Shown in pieces: positions 1 to 9,501 of a stretch of DNA of 35,541 nucleotides (its first letter is position 1; every line of letters begins with the position of its first letter). The stretch is from a virus (lineage: Duplodnaviria; Caudoviricetes), in IMG/VR virus record IMGVR_UViG_3300049165_000104, positions 1 to 35,541 of that record. One strand, given 5' to 3'. A program made the translations under genes and the position numbers. Under the pieces are notes generated by a model. The model saw only the letters and a list, made by a program, of their open reading frames with translations, was not told the origin of the DNA and made no database searches.

Positions 1-134
1 GACATCGCCCCCGGGTTTCCAAGGCCGCTGACCTGCGGCGATGCCTGACCGGTCTAGGCCACTCGCCTCCTGCTGCCTGATGGCAGGATGGTAACGATGC
101 AGGTCAACGGCCAATAGCCGTGACATCTGCCGAC

Positions 135-146
135 TAGACTGAGTGC
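135..146 (+). promoter_or_regulatory. -10 element of a leaderless promoter
   Basis: TAGACT (135-140), 6 nt, then ATG at 147; no SD. Confidence 0.55.
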
Positions 147-785
147 ATGACTTCGACCGCCGTTGCCCGCCGCACCGAGTGCGTGCAGTGCGCCGGCCCG
201 CTGCCCTTGATGGCGCGGGCGGATGCGCGGTTCTGTGGTGCGACGTGCCGGAAGCGTGCGAGCCGGGCCCGGATTGCGGAGCGCCAGCAGCGTGCGTCGG
301 TAGAGCAGGCGGCCCGGATCCCGACAGAGTTGACGTCGCGGACCCGCTGGGTGCGGCACAAGGACAAGGTGCCAATGCGCACCGACGGACGTTTCGCCTC
401 GGTGAAGGACCCGTCCTCCTGGTCGGACTACGCCGCGGCTGCCGCCTCGAAGACCGGCGACGGTGTCGGCTTCGTCTTGACGGCCAGCGACGGCATAGTC
501 GTCGTCGACCTGGACCACGCCGTTGAGGCTGGCCGGGTGTTGCCGTGGGCGCAGGCGATCGTGGACCAGTTGCCGCCGACGTACATGGAGCGCGGCCGGT
601 CCGGTACTGGCCTGCATCTGTGGTTCCGCGGCGCGGTCCCCGCTGGCCGGCGTATCCGCCGGGGGGAGTTGGCGTTCGAGGTGTACTCGGATCGCCGCTA
701 CATGATTGTTGGCGACCGGGTTCCTGGTACGCCGTTGAGTCTTGCTGTGCTGCCTGATGCAGCCGGCTTGGTTGCCTCGCTCTGA
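147..785 (+). CDS. Zn-finger plus AEP/prim-pol catalytic-domain protein
   Basis: N-terminal CVQC...FCGATC Zn ribbon; AEP-like motifs VDLDH, SGTGLHLW, EVYS; no helicase domain. Confidence 0.75.
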   Translation: MTSTAVARRTECVQCAGPLPLMARADARFCGATCRKRASRARIAERQQRASVEQAARIPTELTSRTRWVRHKDKVPMRTDGRFASVKDPSSWSDYAAAAASKTGDGVGFVLTASDGIVVVDLDHAVEAGRVLPWAQAIVDQLPPTYMERGRSGTGLHLWFRGAVPAGRRIRRGELAFEVYSDRRYMIVGDRVPGTPLSLAVLPDAAGLVASL

Positions 786-868
786 CGCCCCGGCGGCGTC
801 CCCGAGTTGGGGCGTCGTTGTATCCAGCCCTCTGTGCGCCCTGGTGGCGTGCTCTGACCCTGGAGGTC
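784..868 (+). promoter_or_regulatory. Three CYGGH-pentaloop hairpins upstream of the small terminase gene
   Basis: gacgcc-CCGGC-ggcgtc (784-800), gcgcc-CTGGT-ggcgt (836-850), gacc-CTGGA-ggtc (856-868, contains the SD GGAGG). Confidence 0.5.
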
Positions 869-871
869 GTC

Positions 872-1312
872 ATGGGCGCTCGTGGACCTATTGGTAAGCG
901 CTCTGAGGAGCGCATGGGCCATCGCTCGAAGGATGAGAAGGACTCGATCACGAAGGCGCCTTCTGGGGCGCCGGTGGATCTTCCTGATCTGCCGGATGCG
1001 GATCCGTTGTGGCATCCGATCGCGGCTGACTGGTATCTCTCCCTCAGGGAGTCGGGGCAGGCGGCGTTCTATCAGCCGTCGGACTGGGCGGTCGCCCGGT
1101 ATGCCGCGGATCTGATGTCGAAGGTGCTGCTGTCGGAGCGCGGTCCGAACGGGCAGCTGGTGGCCGCACTCAACTCGGTGATGTCGTCGCTGCTAACGAC
1201 GGAGGGCGACCGGCGGCGCGCCCGCATGGAACTGGAGCGGAAGAAGCCGTCGACTCAGGGCGATGCCGACGTGACGGTGCTTGATGACTATCGCTCCGCC
1301 TTCAGCGGCTGA
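872..1312 (+). CDS. terS: Terminase small subunit (mycobacteriophage L5 gp5-like)
   Basis: GGAGG before ATG 872; MGARGPIGKR...YQPSDW...LLTTEGDRRR family motifs; precedes the large subunit. Confidence 0.85.
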   Translation: MGARGPIGKRSEERMGHRSKDEKDSITKAPSGAPVDLPDLPDADPLWHPIAADWYLSLRESGQAAFYQPSDWAVARYAADLMSKVLLSERGPNGQLVAALNSVMSSLLTTEGDRRRARMELERKKPSTQGDADVTVLDDYRSAFSG

Positions 1313-3056
1313 GGTCGAAGAGTCCGTTCCGGAGGTAGTCGACCCTGTCGTCATCGGCCCGACTTGGACGCGCGACGAGTTCGGGAACTTCATTGAGCCG
1401 GAGTTCACCCTTGGGCATCACATCTGGCGCTGGGCTGAGAGCAACCTTCAGCATGGTGCTGGTCGGCCGTGGCGCTTCACCTCGGAACAGATCCGGATCC
1501 TCTTTTGGTGGTACGCCATCGATCCAGATTCCGGGGAGTTCGTCTACCGGGACGCGGTGCTTCAACGGCTCAAGGGGTGGGGGAAAGACCCATTCGGGGC
1601 GACTCTGTCCGCCACCGAGTTCGTCGGACCTTGTCGGTGGCGTGGGCGGATTGCCAAGGCGGGCGAGATCCGGGGAGTCCCGGCAGGGCAGCCTGTAGGG
1701 GAGTCGCACCCAGAGGCTTGGGTGCAGATCGCTGCGGTGTCGAAGGATCAGACCCGCAACACCATGATTATCTTCGGCTCGCTGTTCACGAAGGAAGCCA
1801 AGGCCGAATACGGCATCGAGGTCGGCAAGGAGATCGTCTACGCCCATAAGGGGCTTAGCAGGATCGAGGCCGTGACCTCGTCACCTCGATCGCTTGAGGG
1901 TGGACGGACTACGTTCACGCTGCTCAACGAGACGCACCACTGGATCGAGTCGAACCAGGGTCACGAGATGGCCGCGACGATCGAGCGGAACGCCACCAAG
2001 TCTGCGGACGGTTCGGCCCGCACCTTCGCGATCACCAACGCCTTCGAGCCTGGCGAGGACTCGGTTGCCGAACAGACTCGTGACGCCTACGAGGCCGCAG
2101 AGGCGGGCCGCGCCGAGGACACGGGAATCCTGTACGACTCGCTGGAGGCCCCGCCCGAGGCGAAGCTGACGAGGCCGTGGCTGGAGAAGGTTCTCAAAGC
2201 GGTCCGGGGCGACTCGGTATGGCTGAATATCCCACGGATCGTCAAGTCGATTCTCGACGTCCGTAACCCGCCGAGCCGGTCGCGTCGTTTCTGGTACAAC
2301 CAGATCGCCGCGGCGGAGGATGCGTGGCTCTCTCGCTACGAGTGGGATGCCTGCAAGCGGGATGATCTGGCGCTGGCGGATGGCGACGAGGTTGTTCTCT
2401 TCTTCGACGGTTCCAAGTCGGATGACGCGACGGGCCTTGCTGCTTGCCGCATGTCGGATGGCCTGGTGTCGACGCTGGGGGTTTGGCAGAGGCCGCCGAA
2501 CTGGCCGTCGCCGGACACTCCGGGATACGTGCCGTACCAGGTGCCGCGCGAAGACGTCGATGGTGTCGTCGTCAATGCGTTCGGCCGGTTCAAGGTGCTG
2601 GCGTTCTTCGCTGACCCGGGCTCCGGCAAGGACGACGACGGCGAAATGTACTGGGACACCTACCTGGACCGTTGGGGTCAGGCGTTCGGGAAGAAGTTGA
2701 TGCTGCGCGCCGTCGCGGCCGGACCGAAGGCGCACGCGGTGCGCTGGGATATGCGTGACCGCCGCCATCAGGAGACGTTCACGGACGCGGTGAAGCGCAC
2801 CCACGAGGACGTGCTGCAGCGGACGTTGGTGCATGACGGTCACAAGGTGATGCGCACCCACGTGATCAACGCCCGTAGGCGGACGAACGCTTGGGGGATC
2901 ACGATCGGCAAGGAGCACCGCGAGTCCGCCCGGAAGATCGACCTGGCGGTTTGCATGGTCGGGGCGCGGATGCTGCGGCGCCTCATCTTGAACAGTCCGA
3001 AGAATCAGAAGCGCTCCACCGTGCGCGGCAAAGGCAGGGTGGTGGTGCTGCGGTGA
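1281..3056 (+). CDS. terL: Terminase large subunit
   Basis: QRLKGWGKDP Walker A variant, LLNETHHW Walker B, FFDGSKSDDAT nuclease motif, KIDLAV; start 1281 or 1284. Confidence 0.95.
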   Translation: MMTIAPPSAAEVEESVPEVVDPVVIGPTWTRDEFGNFIEPEFTLGHHIWRWAESNLQHGAGRPWRFTSEQIRILFWWYAIDPDSGEFVYRDAVLQRLKGWGKDPFGATLSATEFVGPCRWRGRIAKAGEIRGVPAGQPVGESHPEAWVQIAAVSKDQTRNTMIIFGSLFTKEAKAEYGIEVGKEIVYAHKGLSRIEAVTSSPRSLEGGRTTFTLLNETHHWIESNQGHEMAATIERNATKSADGSARTFAITNAFEPGEDSVAEQTRDAYEAAEAGRAEDTGILYDSLEAPPEAKLTRPWLEKVLKAVRGDSVWLNIPRIVKSILDVRNPPSRSRRFWYNQIAAAEDAWLSRYEWDACKRDDLALADGDEVVLFFDGSKSDDATGLAACRMSDGLVSTLGVWQRPPNWPSPDTPGYVPYQVPREDVDGVVVNAFGRFKVLAFFADPGSGKDDDGEMYWDTYLDRWGQAFGKKLMLRAVAAGPKAHAVRWDMRDRRHQETFTDAVKRTHEDVLQRTLVHDGHKVMRTHVINARRRTNAWGITIGKEHRESARKIDLAVCMVGARMLRRLILNSPKNQKRSTVRGKGRVVVLR

Positions 3057-4519
3057 CTCTCTCCATCCCCGAACTTTCGCTGCTGACGTTGTCGGATGAC
3101 GAGCTCGCGCTGATCAACATGCTGCGTGCGGACATGATGCGCGACCGGTATGCCCTGCTGATGCGGGACGCGTACTTCAACGGTGAGCAGCTGATCCGGG
3201 ACCTCGGTATCAGTATTCCGCCGCAGCTCAAGGGCCTGCATACGGTGATCGGGTGGCCGCGGGTCGGCGTCGAGTCCCTAGAGGAGCGCCTGGATCTGGA
3301 GGCGTTCCGCTGGGCGGATGGCTCGGACTCGTCGGAGCTGGCGGAGATCGCCGACGCGAACGACCTGTTCGACGAGTCGTCGCTGGCTCACCTGGATTCG
3401 TTGGTGTACGGCCGCGAGTATCTGGCGGTCGGCTCCGGGGACTGCGGCGAGGATTGCCCGCCGCTGATCTCGGTGGAGTCGCCGCTGGATATGACCCTGA
3501 TGTGGGATGCCCGGCTGAGGATGGGGACGGCGGCGCTCAGGGAGTGCCAGGCGGACGGTTTTGTTGAGTCGGGCCCCGAAGAGCGGATGATCGTCCTGTA
3601 TCTGCCGGATCAGACGATCACGGCGCTGCCGTCCCCGTCTGGCGGCTGGGAGGTCGTCGATCGGGACATCCACAACCTGGGTGTCGTGCCGGTGGTGCGG
3701 CTGGCGAATCGTCAGCGCACCGCGGACCGGGTCGGCAAGTCGGAGATCACCCCCGAGGTCATGTCGATCACGGATGCCGCATGCCGGCGCCTGATGGGCA
3801 TGGAGGTGGCGGCCGAGTTCTTCGGCGCCCCGCAGCGCTACATCCTCGGCGCCTCAGAGTCCGCGTTCCAGGACGCGGAGGGGAACGCCAAGTCGGCGTG
3901 GGAGACGTACATCGGCCGCGTCCTTGCCTTGGAGCGGGACGAGGACGGAAATGTCCCGGACGTCGGCCAGTTCGCGGCCCACGATCCGACGGGCATGACG
4001 CGGATCATCGACCTGTATGCGCGGATCATGTCGTCGCAGTTCGGGCTGCCGCCGCACATGCTCGGCTACACCACGGATAATCCGGCTTCTGCGGACGCCA
4101 TCCGGTCGACTGAGGCGAAGCTGGTGAAGCGCTCCGAGCGCCGGATCCGCCGGTACGGGGCTGCCTGGCAGCAGGCGATGCGCCTCGCGTTGTGGGTGCG
4201 GGACGGTGAGCCTCCTGAGAAGACGCGCCGCATCGAGACAGTGTGGCGGAACCCGGCGACACCGACGGTGGCAGCCCAGGTGGATGCCACGGTGAAGCTC
4301 GTGCAGGCAGGTGTGCTGCCAGCCGACTCCGACGTGACGCTGGAGATGGCCGGGTTCACGGAAACGCAGCGACAGCGGATCAGGGCGGATCGACGTCGCG
4401 GTGTTGGCCGGGCTGGGAGTAGCGCGCTGATGGATCGCCTCGCCGAGCTGGGGTCGGGCGCAGACAGCGTGAGCATCGAGCCGTCGGAGGCCGACCTTGG
4501 CGTCAACAGTCTCGGATAG
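3053..4519 (+). CDS. Portal protein (SPP1 gp6-like)
   Basis: GTGA overlap with terL stop; GWPRVGVESLEERL, GKSEIT, PQRYILGA, NPASADAI, WRNPATPT motifs. Confidence 0.93.
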   Translation: MTLSIPELSLLTLSDDELALINMLRADMMRDRYALLMRDAYFNGEQLIRDLGISIPPQLKGLHTVIGWPRVGVESLEERLDLEAFRWADGSDSSELAEIADANDLFDESSLAHLDSLVYGREYLAVGSGDCGEDCPPLISVESPLDMTLMWDARLRMGTAALRECQADGFVESGPEERMIVLYLPDQTITALPSPSGGWEVVDRDIHNLGVVPVVRLANRQRTADRVGKSEITPEVMSITDAACRRLMGMEVAAEFFGAPQRYILGASESAFQDAEGNAKSAWETYIGRVLALERDEDGNVPDVGQFAAHDPTGMTRIIDLYARIMSSQFGLPPHMLGYTTDNPASADAIRSTEAKLVKRSERRIRRYGAAWQQAMRLALWVRDGEPPEKTRRIETVWRNPATPTVAAQVDATVKLVQAGVLPADSDVTLEMAGFTETQRQRIRADRRRGVGRAGSSALMDRLAELGSGADSVSIEPSEADLGVNSLG

Positions 4520-5312
4520 TTCGGCGTCTACGTCCCGGTGGCGGGCAGCGCAGATCGGATTGACGACGCTCTTGCTGCGTGATCTGCGGGGTCTGCGTCG
4601 GCTCATCAACCCGGCCCGACTGCAGGTCACTGTTCCGCCTTGGATCGAGGCGGTGGCCGCGGTTGTGGGCCGCTACTCGGAGGTGTCGGCAACGCTGGCC
4701 GCGGACTTCTACGACGGGGAGCGGGAAGCGGCCGGAGTGCCGGGCTCGTTCACGGTGCCGCTCGCGGAAGCCCCGCCGGAAGAGCAGACGTCGGCGTCGC
4801 TGCGTTGGGCCACGAAGGACGTGTGGGACCGGGCCCCGGAGGTTGCGACGGCCGCCCATCTGGAGCAGCTCGGCGTTCGTCTCGATGCTGCTTTCGTCAA
4901 GGCGGACATGGCGACGCAGAAGCTCGTGACCGATGTGGGGCGCGAGACGGTCCGCCAGGCGGCCCGTCAGGACCCGCAGGCTGTGGCGTATGCCCGGGTG
5001 GCAGCGCTTGGCGCGTGCTCCTTCTGTAAGTTGCTCGCCTCCCGCGGTTCGGTCTATGCCACGGCTGACACCGCTGGCCGCGACGCGAATGACCGGTTCT
5101 CCGGTGATGCGTCGGTGGTGAAGTTCCACGACAACTGCCACTGCGGGATCCTCCCGGTCTTTCGGGGGCAGCGGTTCGAGTTGTCGCCGCATGCGGCGCG
5201 GTGGGACGAGATCTACCGCAAGTACGCCCAAGGCCATCCGGGAGACCAGCTCCGTCTGTTCAGGCGGGCGCTGGCGGAGCACGACAGTAACCCGCTCCCC
5301 GGATCTATCTGA
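4497..5312 (+). CDS. MuF-like minor head / capsid maturation protein
   Basis: Follows portal; ACSFCKLLASRG and FHDNCHC motifs. Confidence 0.8.
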   Translation: MASTVSDSSASTSRWRAAQIGLTTLLLRDLRGLRRLINPARLQVTVPPWIEAVAAVVGRYSEVSATLAADFYDGEREAAGVPGSFTVPLAEAPPEEQTSASLRWATKDVWDRAPEVATAAHLEQLGVRLDAAFVKADMATQKLVTDVGRETVRQAARQDPQAVAYARVAALGACSFCKLLASRGSVYATADTAGRDANDRFSGDASVVKFHDNCHCGILPVFRGQRFELSPHAARWDEIYRKYAQGHPGDQLRLFRRALAEHDSNPLPGSI

Positions 5313-5318
5313 TCAACG

Positions 5319-5367
5319 AGGTCGCCCTGGTGGCGACCTTTCCCCTTTTCCACAGCCCCTGGAGGGC
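5319..5367 (+). promoter_or_regulatory. Two CTGGW-pentaloop hairpins upstream of the scaffold gene
   Basis: aggtcgcc-CTGGT-ggcgacct (5319-5339); gccc-CTGGA-gggc (5355-5367, contains the SD). Confidence 0.5.
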
Positions 5368-5376
5368 CGATTCGTC

Positions 5377-6024
5377 ATGTCCGAAGAGACCGAGACGACC
5401 GAGCAGCAGGACACCGGCACCGAGGAGACCGTCGAGGAGGCGGCGACCGAGGAGAACGGCACCGAGTCCACGGAGGAAGCCCAGGAGGCGGACGCCGGCG
5501 GCGAGGAGAAGCCGTTCGATCGGAAGAAGTTCGAGGCCGAGCTGCGCAAGAAGAACAGCGAAGCCGCGAACCTCCGCAAGCGCCTGAAGGAGCTCGAGCC
5601 GCTGGCGAAGAAGGCCAAGGAGTTCGAGGACGCGCAGAAGTCCGAGACGGAGCGCCTGAACGATCAGCTGACTGTGGCGCAGGAGCAGATCGCGAAGACG
5701 CGTCAGCGGCTGGTTCGGAGTCAGGTGCAGTCTCTCGCCGGTACCGCGACCGATACCCGGGCGGCTTTCGCTGACCCGGCGGATGCGTTCGGCGAGTTGG
5801 ATCTCGGTTCGTACATCGACGACTCGGGCGATATCGACGAGTCCGCCATCGAGGCGGATCTCCAGGCGCTTTTGGAGCGCAAGCCGCACTGGGCGAAGAC
5901 CCAGCCCCCGGAGGGCCCGCGGCGTCCCGCACCGGATCGCACTCAAGCGTCCGGCGCCAACAAGAAGCAGGCCCCCAATCCCCGCGACGAGTTCGCGGGG
6001 TGGCTGAGTTCGAAGCTCACGTAG
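5377..6024 (+). CDS. Capsid scaffolding protein
   Basis: Acidic N-terminus, coiled coil (LRKKNSEAANLRKRLKE), directly upstream of the capsid gene; SD GGAGG. Confidence 0.88.
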   Translation: MSEETETTEQQDTGTEETVEEAATEENGTESTEEAQEADAGGEEKPFDRKKFEAELRKKNSEAANLRKRLKELEPLAKKAKEFEDAQKSETERLNDQLTVAQEQIAKTRQRLVRSQVQSLAGTATDTRAAFADPADAFGELDLGSYIDDSGDIDESAIEADLQALLERKPHWAKTQPPEGPRRPAPDRTQASGANKKQAPNPRDEFAGWLSSKLT

Positions 6025-6043
6025 CTTCGGGAGAAGAGACATC

Positions 6044-7000
6044 ATGGCGGTCACCGCCCCCCTGACCCTGGCCAATGTGGATGGCGCGCTCCTGCCGCGC
6101 ACCATCACGGCTCCGATCTTCGAAAAGTCGGTGGAGGCCAGCGCAGTGATGCAGCTGGCCCGTCCGGCCCCGCTGGCGCTGGACGCGACGACGTCCGTGC
6201 CGATCCCGATGGACGTCCCCGTGGCGGACTGGGTCGGCCAGGCGGCGAAGAAGCCGCTGTCGACCGGCGGCGTCGACGTCAAGCAGATGCAGGCGAAGAA
6301 GGTCGCCGTGCTGATCCCGGTCGCCATGGAGGTGGCGAAGACCAACGCGGGCGGCCTGTACGACCAGTTGCAGAAGGACCTGCCGACGGCGTTCGCGCGG
6401 GCCTTCGACCACGCCACGATCCACGGCAAGACGATGAAGGGCGCCACTGGCCCCTTCACCGAGTACCTGGCCGCAACGACCAACTCAGTGGCGCTCGGTA
6501 CGGCCGCGCAGGCCGACGGCGGCATCTGGGCCGACTTCGTCAACGGCATGGCCGAGGTCGTCGACGACGACTGGGACTACACCGGCACGGTCGCCGACCA
6601 CCGCCTCAAGCCGTCGCTGCTGCTGGCGACGGACACGACGGGCCGGCCGATCCTGGTCGACACGCAGACGCCTGGGACGAACATGGCGGCGGCGGGCACA
6701 CTGATCGGTGAGCCGCTGGCCTACTCGCGGTCGGTGTCGGGCAAGCAGCGTCGCCAGTCCACTTCCTCGGACACGGGCCTGCGGGCGATCGGCGGCGACT
6801 GGTCCCAGGCCGCGTATGGCGTGGGCATGGACATCACCGTGAGGATCTCCGACCAGGCCACTTATGTGGATGAGGAGGGCGGCGTCCACTCGGCGTTCCA
6901 GGAGAACCTCGTGCTGATCCTCGCGGAGGCGTACTACGGCTTCGTGATGGGTGACGTGGACGCGTTCGTGAAGTTCACCGGCACCCCGAGCGGTTCCTGA
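6044..7000 (+). CDS. Major capsid protein (HK97 fold)
   Basis: 318 aa; KKVAVLIPV, AFARAFDHA, GDWSQAAYG, FQENLVLILAEAYYGF; ends TGTPSGS. Confidence 0.93.
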   Translation: MAVTAPLTLANVDGALLPRTITAPIFEKSVEASAVMQLARPAPLALDATTSVPIPMDVPVADWVGQAAKKPLSTGGVDVKQMQAKKVAVLIPVAMEVAKTNAGGLYDQLQKDLPTAFARAFDHATIHGKTMKGATGPFTEYLAATTNSVALGTAAQADGGIWADFVNGMAEVVDDDWDYTGTVADHRLKPSLLLATDTTGRPILVDTQTPGTNMAAAGTLIGEPLAYSRSVSGKQRRQSTSSDTGLRAIGGDWSQAAYGVGMDITVRISDQATYVDEEGGVHSAFQENLVLILAEAYYGFVMGDVDAFVKFTGTPSGS

Positions 7001-8031
7001 TGGGTGGGGCTGTCCCGGCTTCCGCGCCGGGCGGGACGGCCACCCCGTTGCGAATCGTGGCCCGTGTCCACGCGATGCCACCAGAGCACAATGCGGGCGC
7101 CGAGCATATGCTCGTGTCGATGCTGCGGCCTCTCGCGGAGCGCGGTCACGACGTGCAGGTTTGGCTGTCCCGCTACGGAACGGCCCACAAGGAGTACGAC
7201 TACCGCGGCATCCAGGTCGTACCACTGGAGGCTCGCCTGGACTTTCAGGCGGCCGTGAAGCGCTCCAGTGTGCTGCTGGCCCATCTGGAGACGGTGCCGT
7301 CGACGGCGTCGATGGCCCGCGGGTTCGGGAAGCCGCTGGTGGTTCTGTGCCACAACACGCACCGTCCGACGTTCCGGGACGCCGCCTCGGGCGGCACTGC
7401 GCTGGCGGTCTACAACAGCCAGTGGATGGAACGGGAGGCGGAACTGTTCTTCGCCGAGTACCCGAAGTCCGTCCGCCCCGAAGCGTCGCTGATCGTGCGT
7501 CCGCCGGTGTTCGCCGACGAGTACGCGACGAAGCCCGGCAAGGCGATCACCCTCGTCAACTGCAACCCGGAGAAGGGCGGCAAGGTCTTGAAGGCCCTCG
7601 CCGAGCGGATGCCGGACCAGCAGTTCCTGGCGGTGAAGGGGGCCTACGGGGAGCAGATCCTCCCCGATCTGCCCAACGTTGAGATCGTCGAGCACGTCCG
7701 CGGCGAGGACATGCGGGAGCAGGTGTACGCCCGCACGCGGGTGCTGCTGATGCCGTCCTCGTATGAGTCGTGGGGCCGGGCCGGCTGCGAGGCGATGGCG
7801 AGTGGTATCCCCGTCCTGGCCCATCCGACGCCGGGCCTGTGCGAGAGCCTCGGCGAGGCGGGCATCTTCGTGGACCGCAACGACGTGGCCGGCTATGAGG
7901 CGGTCCTGCGGAAGTTGAAGACGGCGGCCGAGTACCGGCTGGCGTCGAAGCGGGCGAAGGCCCGGTCTGTCGAACTCAATCCTGCCGCCGATCTGGCTGC
8001 CTGGTGCAGCGCCGTGGAGTCCCTGGCCTGA
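7000..8031 (+). CDS. GT-B glycosyltransferase (GT4-like)
   Basis: NAGAEH N-terminal loop, NPEKGG, E-X7-E motif ESWGRAGCEAMASGIPV; TGATG overlap with the capsid stop. Confidence 0.9.
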   Translation: MGGAVPASAPGGTATPLRIVARVHAMPPEHNAGAEHMLVSMLRPLAERGHDVQVWLSRYGTAHKEYDYRGIQVVPLEARLDFQAAVKRSSVLLAHLETVPSTASMARGFGKPLVVLCHNTHRPTFRDAASGGTALAVYNSQWMEREAELFFAEYPKSVRPEASLIVRPPVFADEYATKPGKAITLVNCNPEKGGKVLKALAERMPDQQFLAVKGAYGEQILPDLPNVEIVEHVRGEDMREQVYARTRVLLMPSSYESWGRAGCEAMASGIPVLAHPTPGLCESLGEAGIFVDRNDVAGYEAVLRKLKTAAEYRLASKRAKARSVELNPAADLAAWCSAVESLA

Positions 8032-8040
8032 GGAGGCGTC

Positions 8041-8454
8041 GTGGCATTCGTCCCTCCTACCGCCGAGCAGCTCGGTCTCTATCTGGGGCTCGATGAGATC
8101 CAGGGCGACCGTGCTGACCTGCTGCTCACGACCGCGGTCGCACTGTGCGAGACGGTGGTGAAGCCGCTCCCGGAGGGCGCGGAGGCCGTGGTCCTCTCCG
8201 TTGCGGGCCGGGCCTACGTGAATCCGCAGCAGGTGTCTTACGAGACGATCGGTCCGATGTCGGTGCAGCGCCCCCAGGGGTCTGGCGGCCTGTATCTGAC
8301 GAAGGCCGACAAGTCGGCGCTCAAGTCGCTGGCGGGACGCGGGGGAGCGTTCACCGTGGATCCGACGCCCGAGACTGCGGATCCGTCGCCGACGTGGCCG
8401 ATCGATGACGCCGGCTTTGCGGACGAGTTCGAGCCCGGCTGGGGGTATGGCTGA
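8041..8454 (+). CDS. Head-to-tail adaptor
   Basis: AGGAGG SD; RAYVNP...ETIGP...GLYLTKADK motifs. Confidence 0.8.
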   Translation: MAFVPPTAEQLGLYLGLDEIQGDRADLLLTTAVALCETVVKPLPEGAEAVVLSVAGRAYVNPQQVSYETIGPMSVQRPQGSGGLYLTKADKSALKSLAGRGGAFTVDPTPETADPSPTWPIDDAGFADEFEPGWGYG

Positions 8455-8822
8455 TGCCGGCTCCGGCGCCGTACCCCTTCGGGGAGACGGTGGTTCGCCT
8501 GCGTCGCGGCCCGTCACCTGGCAGGGATGGCCGCGGTCAGCCGATTCCCGGACCGCTGCTGGAGACCCCTGTGAAGGGTGTTGTTGTGACGCCGCGACAG
8601 GAGTCGCCGCAGGTTGGCGGAGAGGAGCAGCAGGCCCGGGACACGGTGATCGTTGGCTGGACGGTGTATGACCCGAACGGTACTGAGTGGCGCACCACGG
8701 ACCAGGTGAAGATCCGCGACGTGGTCTGTCAGATCACGGGCGAGCCTGGCGACTGGGGGCGTTCCCCGTTCACGGGATCCCGCGGCGTGGTCCAGTTCGC
8801 GGCCGACCGGGTGACGGGCTAG
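8454..8822 (+). CDS. Head-to-tail stopper
   Basis: Synteny; PFGETVVRLR, ITGEPGDW-SPFTG motifs. Confidence 0.75.
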   Translation: MPAPAPYPFGETVVRLRRGPSPGRDGRGQPIPGPLLETPVKGVVVTPRQESPQVGGEEQQARDTVIVGWTVYDPNGTEWRTTDQVKIRDVVCQITGEPGDWGRSPFTGSRGVVQFAADRVTG

Positions 8823-9139
8823 CCGCGGGCTTGTTCGACGGCGGCGACGAGTTTCTCTGCGGCGTCGTTGCTCTTGCGGGGGATGGACAGGCTGTGCGGG
8901 TCCTCGTAGGGCGGCCGGCCTCCATGGGTGAGGCCGCCCTTCTCTCCGGCCGCGAGTGAGCCCGGCAGCAGGAACTGGATGTAGCCGTGGAAGAGTCGAC
9001 TGCCTGGCTTGAAGCGGGTGCCCGTCACGTCGACGGCTCGGAAGCGGGATGGCGCGGGCTTCAGTCCTGCGGGCGTCTTGGTGATGGTGATCCATTCCCC
9101 GTCGAAGCTGATACTGCCGAGCACGCCTTTGACGTCCAT
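8819..9139 (-). CDS. DUF4429-like protein, antisense moron
   Basis: GSISFDGEWITI...FKPG...GYIQF...DPHS pattern; SD AGGGGG upstream; fills the gap between two + strand genes. Confidence 0.7.
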   Translation of the reverse strand: MDVKGVLGSISFDGEWITITKTPAGLKPAPSRFRAVDVTGTRFKPGSRLFHGYIQFLLPGSLAAGEKGGLTHGGRPPYEDPHSLSIPRKSNDAAEKLVAAVEQARG

Positions 9140-9174
9140 GTCCGCCCCCTGGGTTGCGAGTTGCAGGAGGGGCT

Positions 9175-9501
9175 ATGGCAGCACGGTTCAAGATGAAGCG
9201 CAAAGGTGTCGGCCAGATGCTGCGAATGCCGGGAATGCGGGCAGAGATGCTGCGCCGCGCCGAGGTCATCAAGGGTGTCGCAGTCGGCCTGTCGCCGGTC
9301 GATGAGCGCAGTCCGGACCCTGGCCACTACAAGGCGTCGTGGGAGACGGACAGCAAGACCCGGGGTGGCCGGAACCGGGACCGGGCCGTTGCCACGGTCC
9401 GCAACACGGCCTACTACGCCCGCTGGGTGGAGTACGGCACTGAGAAGGTGCCAGCCCACCACGTCCTGCTGAGGGCGGCGCAGATCGGCGGGCGGAACTA
9501 G
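9175..9501 (+). CDS. HK97 gp10-like neck/tail completion protein
   Basis: AGGAGG SD; SPVD...GHYKASW, YARWVEYGT motifs. Confidence 0.8.
   Translation: MAARFKMKRKGVGQMLRMPGMRAEMLRRAEVIKGVAVGLSPVDERSPDPGHYKASWETDSKTRGGRNRDRAVATVRNTAYYARWVEYGTEKVPAHHVLLRAAQIGGRN

Noticed and set aside
1-134. cos site / physical genome end
   Set aside because: Position before the packaging genes is suggestive, but no terminus can be identified from sequence alone.
6980-7002. Capsid-glycosyltransferase fusion by -1 frameshift
   Set aside because: Frames would allow it, but there is no convincing slippery heptamer; a TGATG overlap is ordinary translational coupling.
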